Shown: piece after piece, positions 59,247 to 64,000 of the stretch
Layout of the letters: each line of letters begins with the position of its first letter
Position numbering within the stretch: position 1 is the first letter of the stretch
Assembly (NCBI RefSeq): GCF_902459465.1
Contig: NC_047067.1
Coordinates: 21,824,001-21,888,000 of the forward strand
DNA length: 64,000 nt
Direction: 5' to 3'
Origin: Asterias rubens
Lineage: Eukaryota
The notes under the pieces: generated by a model
What the model was told of the DNA's origin: nothing
What the model saw: only the letters and a program-made list of their open reading frames with translations
The model's database searches: none
Position numbers and translations under genes: made by a program

Positions 59247-62200
59247 ATGTTGCCAAACCCTTCATCTAAGGTCTTGGTGCTGGGCACCATCACCTTAATG
59301 GTCCTCCTTCAGATGTTCATCTTTATCTCCAACTTGGACTATGAAACCTCAAGCAGAGAAGAAACGACGCTAAGCAAACTAGGCCAGCACTATCCCTTCT
59401 TGGAGAACTCGACCACGATCAACTACATCTCTTCAGAAATACAAGTAAGAGATTGTTGATTTTGCACTTGTAGTGTGTCTGATGGACTCCATGTTTAGGC
59501 TTGGTTGGAGCGTGTGCAAGTTTATCATTTGTAGGGACTAGGGCCTTCTCCTAGAACTATGAGGTTCCTTTCGCTACCATCTCTACGATACAGAGTGTAG
59601 ACAACAGTGGAAACAAATCATAGTTCTAGGAGTATGTTTGGGGCCTATTATTATCTGATTATTTGTATGTGTGGACTGTCGGGCAATGCCCAAACTTATT
59701 TGGGTCGACCTAGAGTTGCTCTTTACACTCTGTTTGGTCCATTGTGACTCTGGAGCTCCTGTCTAAACTGGGTGTTAAAGGCAGTGGACACTATTGGTAA
59801 TTACTCAAAATAATTATTATCTTAAAACCTTACTGGTAACAAGTAATGGGGAGAGGTTGATAGCATAAAACATTGTGAGAAACGACTCCCTCTGAAGTGA
59901 CGTAGTTTTCGAGAAAGAAGTATAATTCCACGAACTTGATTTCAAGACCTCAAGTTTAGAATTCGAGGTCTCGAAATCAAGCATCTGAAAGCACACCACT
60001 TCGTGTGACAAGGGTGTTTTTTCTTTCATAGTTGAGATACACCAAGTGAGAAGACTGGTCTTTGACAATTACCAATAGTGTCCAGTGTCTTTAAATAAAT
60101 CACCAAGAAGACTAGAGATTACCATCCATTTTCCCGTTATACAAAACTTTGTCAACAAAGAGTAAAACAAGAATGTCTGATGAAGTATTGGTCACTCTTG
60201 TTCACAGATGTGTTGCTGTTCTTCTCACCAAATGTGATGTTAGAAATTACTACATTTCTCCCCGTTTGGTTTAAGGTGATGTTTTTTCTAAGAGGCGTAC
60301 CACCTGGCCGAGGAAGGTCTGCTCTTGCTCAAGCCATCGTCGATACCTTCAGTCAGAATTCAGTCTTTTGCTGTTCGAGTCAAACTACCTCAGTAGATGT
60401 GTCTGATCAAAACTGCCTTCAAGAGGTATGTATGGTTTGTCTGTTAATGTTGGTCAACCCTTGGTTCGGGAAATAACAGTTTATATTTTTTACTGTGAAG
60501 GGGTAACTCTGTTTCAACTTTCAGCCCCAGGAGTAGGTGGCAACCTGCCCCCTGGTGGCATTTAGTTTGGGTCGATAGCCCAAATCTGTTACGTGTAGCC
60601 CTCACCTTAAAGTGGCCGTCCATGTTAGGTGATCTCTCACAAAATAACTACAGTTTTGTATTCTTGTGTCATTCTTCCTTTAAAAAAAACACAGGTTGAA
60701 ATAAACTGTAAAAAGCACATCCGGGTTATCGTCGTCGACCACGCGGATAACCCGTCCAAAGACCTGAAGAAATACTTTTCCATGGCGCATCAGTACAACT
60801 ACACAACCGTGGTTGTTCAGCCCAACACTACAGTGAGGGAAGATGGCGGGAACGTTTTACAAGTAAGAGAGAGCAACGAGGTACTACAGACGCCCAAGAT
60901 GCTGTACCCTTTATTCTACGGCTGGTTTCTCGGTTATAATATCTCGTTGGACGTCCAGAGACACAGGAAGACACTTTACGATGAATGTTTGCAACAGTCA
61001 AAGTTTGTGGAGATATTCAACAAGTTCGCTCTTCCAGGTTCCCCACACAATTCATCAGGTAATTTTTATGGGATACTAATTGTCTCTTAAAGGTGGAGAG
61101 GGGGCAGTTTTCTTGTCCTCTTGGCATGTCAATAAGAATAATTATGAATGAATATATAATCCAGCATTATCACACACACAGCTCTTTCAAAAAGGCTCTC
61201 AAAACTTACTTCATAAATTTGGCCTACAATACCATGGTGTGTCAAGTGGTTTAGTTCAATGGACCCAAACTCTGGTGTTGTCAGCAGAAGAGTGTGGGTT
61301 CGAATCCCGGTAATGACGCATCTGGCTGGCCTTAAGCAAGACACTTAACCATATTCGCTTTGTAAAAAGTTGGGAAGGTAGTTCATTCTGCTCTATCAGC
61401 CAGGCTCCTAGTGGATGATACCCATGTCTTATGGACTGTGAAGGGAGTAACCGTGTTTCAGCCACAGGAGTAGGTTGCAACGTGCCATTGGTGGCAGTTG
61501 ATTTTGGTCAATAGCCCAAGTCAGTTAACTTGCCCTTACTTTGAAGTGGCCGTCCGACTGCCCCTTGTGGCGTTAGGCAATATCTCTTTTCTTTTCTTTT
61601 AAACACCACTGCTTAATTCTTCTGCATTATTGACTGTACAGACTAAATGGGTTTGTCATTTTTTTATATATTTTTTTTGGAGCACTATGAGCGCCTTTTT
61701 GAAGGTGAATTTGCATATTAATAATGTTACTATTATCTTGATCCTTTTTAAATGTTATCTTTTACGCCTCAGGTGGCTTGGATTTCGGGCGCTACTTCTC
61801 CCTCACAGGGTTATTGACGGGTCCCACATTACTTCATTGTACATCATTCTTCAGTAACTACGGCAACCGGACTGGTTCCAAGCAATATGCCACCTCTTCA
61901 GCCGTGAAGCAGAACACAGGCGGAGCGTACAACCTATCCATTATAGGGTTCTTGATAACCCCTCAAACATTTGGGGCACGTCTTCGTCTCACAAAAGATG
62001 AACTTGCCCTTTGGGGTGTCGATAATAGTAAAGAGGCTGACAAAACACACACAGAGTCAAATGTCGGCTCAAGGTCGTGGGTCAAGACTAACAAGGTCAT
62101 CACAGCACGTACAAGTGACACGCTCAATGTGGACAAACCGGTTAGTTGCCCCAAGGGTTGGCGACCTCAGGAATTCTCCCCGACCTGCGGTCCTGGAAGT

Positions 62201-62425
62201 CGGGCTCACCTTACTCTTGGCCTGGGAGTGAACATCTCTGCAGTTCAGACAGGCATCGATTTAAATTTGATCATTCAACAAGAACTGCTGGCTCGTGACA
62301 AACCAAAGGACATCCCCACCCTCCAGCTTGCCGGTGGAATCGCCCGTTGCTATGGAGAAGGTAACTGGGCCATATATTTGGAGAAACCGCTTAAAGTTGG
62401 GGCATTATTCAGCGGCTGGAATTAG
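59247..62425 (+). CDS. CNP: 2',3'-cyclic-nucleotide 3'-phosphodiesterase (CNPase) homologue with N-terminal signal anchor (454 aa)
   Basis: Exons 59247-59444, 60276-60425, 60695-61058, 61773-62425; GT-AG, 1365 nt. CNP-like blocks: YPFLEN, FFLRGV..G.GRSALAQAIVD, YPLFYGWFL, 2H motifs LHCT (61835) and GSRAHLT (62207), TPQTFGARLRL, AVQTGIDL, GEGNW. Confidence 0.88.
59775..60094. mobile_element. Complete TTAA-type (Kolobok-like) MITE, family A
   Basis: TTAA-AGGCAGTGGACACTATTGGTAATT ... AATTACCAATAGTGTCCAGTGTCT-TTAA. Confidence 0.88.
61236..61575 (+). mobile_element. tRNA-Leu-derived SINE, body type 2
   Basis: Head GTCAAGTGG..CAAACTCTGG..GGGTTCGAATCCCGG, core AGCAAGACACTTAACC; body as at 9120-9320. 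Confidence 0.82.
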
Positions 62426-62720
62426 ACTTAAATTTAAAGCCTCTCCTTTTCTGTGAAAGTACCAAACAAATTTGTTTAAGCAACCATCTATTCTCTGTTA
62501 AAATAGAGCAATATTGATCACAATGAAACTGTATGCAAATAAAGTTAACACAAAGTTGAGTGAGATATACGACTTCAAAAGGGGGGGGGGGGTAGATGTT
62601 GTGGCATGTAATCGGCACAATGTCCTGAACACCAACTAGTGGAAGTACATGTATCTAAGAAGTAACTATAAATACTAAATAGTAAACTTACGGGTACAAC
62701 CATGTGTAAGATCTCTTTTA

Positions 62721-63080
62721 TGGGGTGTCGTGGCCGAGCGGATAACAGCATCAAACTCAAGCTCTGGTGCTTCTGTTCAGCAGAGTGTGGGTTCGAATCC
62801 CGGTCGTGACACTTGTGTCCCTGAGCAAGACACTTAACTATAATTGCTTCACTCCACCCAGGGGTAAATGGGTACCTGTGAGAGCTGCGATGGTTCTTGT
62901 GATTGATTTAGCCGAGTAGCGCATTTTAATGTTGCACAGGCTGCATACTCCCCACCAGGGAGCCGAGATGGTTTAAGGGGTGATTTAAGGCCCGGTGACC
63001 AGGGGTAACAATGTGAAGCGCCTTGGGACGCCCTCCACATGTGAAAAGCGCTATATAAAAACGGGTTATTATTATTATTA
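62721..63080 (+). mobile_element. tRNA-Leu-derived SINE, body type 1, with (TTA)n tail
   Basis: GTCGTGGCCGAGCGG, ACTCAAGCTCTGG, GGGTTCGAATCCCGG, GTCCCTGAGCAAGACACTTAAC..CACCCAGGGGTAAATGGGTACC, tail GCGCTATATAAAAACGG(TTA)n. Confidence 0.88.
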
Positions 63081-63088
63081 TTTTGTCA

Positions 63089-63216
63089 GAGTGTTGGCTC
63101 TGAAAAGAGCTGCTGTGGTCTTGACGTTTCGAGTAGTTTACTCTGCTCGTCTTCAGGAGAAGGGTATACTGTTTGAAACGTCAAGACCACACCGGCTCTT
63201 TTTAAACCCAACACTC
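63089..63216 (-). ncRNA. Penelope-like inverted-repeat fragment with a hammerhead motif with intact catalytic core
   Basis: Minus strand 63160-63118: TCTC-CTGAAGA-C-GAGCAG-AGTAAA-CTACTC-GAAA-CG-TC-AAGAC. The plus-strand right arm repeats the 3' half (GTATACTGTTTGAAACGTCAAGACCAC...CCAACACTC). Confidence 0.65.
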
Positions 63217-64000
63217 CCTCAAATAAGAGATTTTAAACATAATTGTACCTGCAAGTTTACAATTTAGTCTTTATAGTTCTTATTTTTTCACACTATGCAA
63301 AGCTAAACGCCATTTACATGTATCTAAGTAGATTTTGTCAGACATAGTGTTTTAATCGTCACCAAAGAAATAAACAGTGGGCAAGTCTTCTGAAATCAAT
63401 AACAAAGTTCGAAATGGAACTTTTCACCATTTTTTTTTTTTCATACCCGGATGGACAGTTGTATTTTTAATTAAAAACTTTTTGAATGCATGTTTATATA
63501 TTTAAATACTTAAATATTTATATTAAATATAATGAGGTCGGTGATGACCTTGGCTTGATCGAAATGCTTGTATAATAATCGGGTCATTTAATTTGCATAT
63601 TTGTATTAATTTTTTAATGAGGTTAATGCAGATTTCTACAAAAACTCTGTAGAATAAAAAATACAATTGTAAAGCAATATTTATATTTATTCTTATCTTG
63701 CCATTTAATAGATGACAAATTCCCAATTTTTTAATTACCAAAAATTCAGTTTATAAGTACCTCCAATCTTTGACAAACCTTTTAATTGAATTTTCACACA
63801 CACAAAAATCAAGCAATATGCTAAGCGCCTGTTTAGAGTAGTTTTCTTTTTTAGGTTTTATAACAAATAGATTTTTGATAAGTTACATTTTGATTCAAAT
63901 GATTCCAGCATGTAAAACGCATGGCGTTTACTATATTAATGAAGATTTGAAGATCGAAGCTGATGCAATAAAACTTGCTTTGAAACTTTTTATCAGATCA

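Noticed and set aside
62724-62812. tRNA-Leu-like sequences here and at 9000, 15173, 38744, 41090, 56090 and 28490
   Set aside because: Acceptor and anticodon stems do not pair properly and they run into shared SINE bodies; these are SINE heads, not tRNA genes.

Overview
AT-rich eukaryotic genomic DNA with spliceosomal introns. The gene set and repeats suggest a marine invertebrate deuterostome, probably an echinoderm (inference; not provable from the window). Five protein-coding genes were rebuilt by hand from GT-AG boundaries with consistent phases. (1) An Ikaros/Hunchback-type C2H2 zinc-finger gene (+, 288-2985). (2) WDR4/TRM82 (+, 10 exons, 5504-10364). (3) A cytochrome b5-fused front-end fatty acyl desaturase of the FADS family (+, 12 exons, 16152-31155). 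(4) Cyclin Y (-, 8 exons, 56484-42857). (5) A 2',3'-cyclic-nucleotide 3'-phosphodiesterase (CNPase) homologue (+, 4 exons, 59247-62425), head-to-head with cyclin Y. The non-coding DNA is dense with tRNA-derived SINEs, several MITE families, LINE 3' fragments, a 2.7 kb non-autonomous Helentron-like element and minisatellites. The most interesting observations are two. First, the CNPase has an N-terminal signal anchor, 8 N-glycosylation sequons and no CaaX tail, which suggests a lumenal or ecto-enzyme with topology opposite to the myelin enzyme. Second, three minimal hammerhead-ribozyme motifs sit in Penelope-like fragments, two of them in inverted-repeat structures. Comparisons with human proteins and known repeat families are from memory, not from database searches. 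Coordinates of degenerate repeats are approximate. Most short ORFs in the supplied track are spurious or exon run-through.
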